From Pseudonocardiales bacterium (GTDB lineage Bacteria > Actinomycetota > Actinomycetes > Mycobacteriales > Pseudonocardiaceae), in assembly GCA_052390115.1 (NCBI GenBank), contig JBQTHE010000035.1, positions 13,088 through 77,087 of the forward strand: a stretch of 64,000 nucleotides of DNA, read 5' to 3'. Both the position numbers and the translations under genes were made by a program. The stretch's first letter is position 1, and every line of letters starts with the position of its first letter. The notes under the pieces were generated by a model, which saw only the letters and a program-made list of their open reading frames with translations, did no database searches and had not been told where the DNA came from. Below are positions 63,716-64,000 of the stretch, in pieces.

Positions 63716-63776
63716 GACTCAGAACTCCCTCGCGGCCATCGTGTGCGGGTGGGATGCACACCGAACGGGCTAGCTG

Positions 63777-63863
63777 CGGAGAGGGCAGGATTCGAACCTG
63801 CGCAGGCACCAGCCTTCCGGACGCACGCGCCCAGACCCGATAGGCCACTACGGGTACCTCTCC
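63777..63863 (-). tRNA. Class II (Ser-type) tRNA-like gene with non-canonical 8-nt anticodon loop; anticodon undeterminable (specialised tRNA or pseudo-tRNA)
   Basis: Hand fold of the minus strand: GGAGAGG-TA-CCCG-TAGTGGCCTAT-CGGG-T-CTGGG-CGCGTGCG-TCCGG-AAGGCTGGTGCCTGC-GCAGG-TTCGAAT-CCTGC-CCTCTCC-G. The acceptor stem (7 bp), D arm, long variable arm (AGGC/GCCT), T arm and G73 are all good. The anticodon stem has two G-U pairs; the loop has 8 nt, no U33 and no Ser anticodon. CCA is not encoded. Confidence 0.6.
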
Positions 63864-64000
63864 ATGACCGACCTCGCCGGGGACCGTTCGTCCTCGTCGC
63901 GGTCTGCAGCCAGCATGGAGCGTTGTGTTGACGGCTCGCTGACCGCCACCTGACACGATTCGTCCACCAGCCCATACCGGTCGTTGTGACGGATACGGCA

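Noticed and set aside
29977-63863. The island as a recently mobile integrative element (ICE or prophage).
   Set aside because: No integrase, transposase, relaxase or phage genes appear in any frame, and no convincing direct repeats were seen at the borders. Only the tRNA-like gene and the compositional change suggest horizontal origin.

Overview
This is a 64-kb window from a high-GC actinobacterium; gene order resembles Mycobacterium and Pseudonocardiales. No database search or folding program was run, so every call rests on reading the ORF translations and the DNA.

**Left part (1-29.7 kb): conserved chromosomal core.**
- A conservon-type sensor kinase and roadblock pair.
- A ~6-kb tract of decayed genes: baeRF2-like, surE, a Zn-alcohol dehydrogenase, DUF6328, and possibly DUF742.
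- An Rv0862c-like helicase-associated protein, an L,D-transpeptidase, and moaC / mog-moaE fusion / moaD.
- A Mop-type regulator with modABC, a cold-shock protein, an MFS transporter, a glutaminyl cyclase, DUF3027 and a large GHKL-type ATPase.
- Three copies of a 120-180 bp MITE-like repeat, and a DUF559 gene bracketed by inverted doublets of a 20-bp palindromic motif.

**Right part (about 29.9-63.9 kb): an accessory biosynthetic island, and the main finding.**
- It carries nearly the whole enzyme-family set known from valanimycin (azoxy, N-N bond) biosynthesis. These are a standalone DUF2156/MprF-C aminoacyl-tRNA-dependent transferase, an ACAD-fold oxygenase with a flavin reductase, a ferritin-like di-iron oxygenase, a small integral membrane protein, a DAG-kinase-like kinase, an MmgE/PrpD protein, a SARP regulator and an MFS exporter.
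- This set is fused to dedicated lipid machinery: KASIII/ACP/KS/AccD, a membrane desaturase, an ALDH plus aminotransferase pair, and a KS-AT-DH-KR-ACP type I PKS with a discrete ACP, an AMP-ligase and thioesterases.
- The island ends at a Ser-type (class II) tRNA-like gene. It has an aberrant 8-nt anticodon loop and lies co-directionally 61 nt upstream of the biosynthetic operon.
- No seryl-tRNA synthetase, integrase or transposase is visible in the window.
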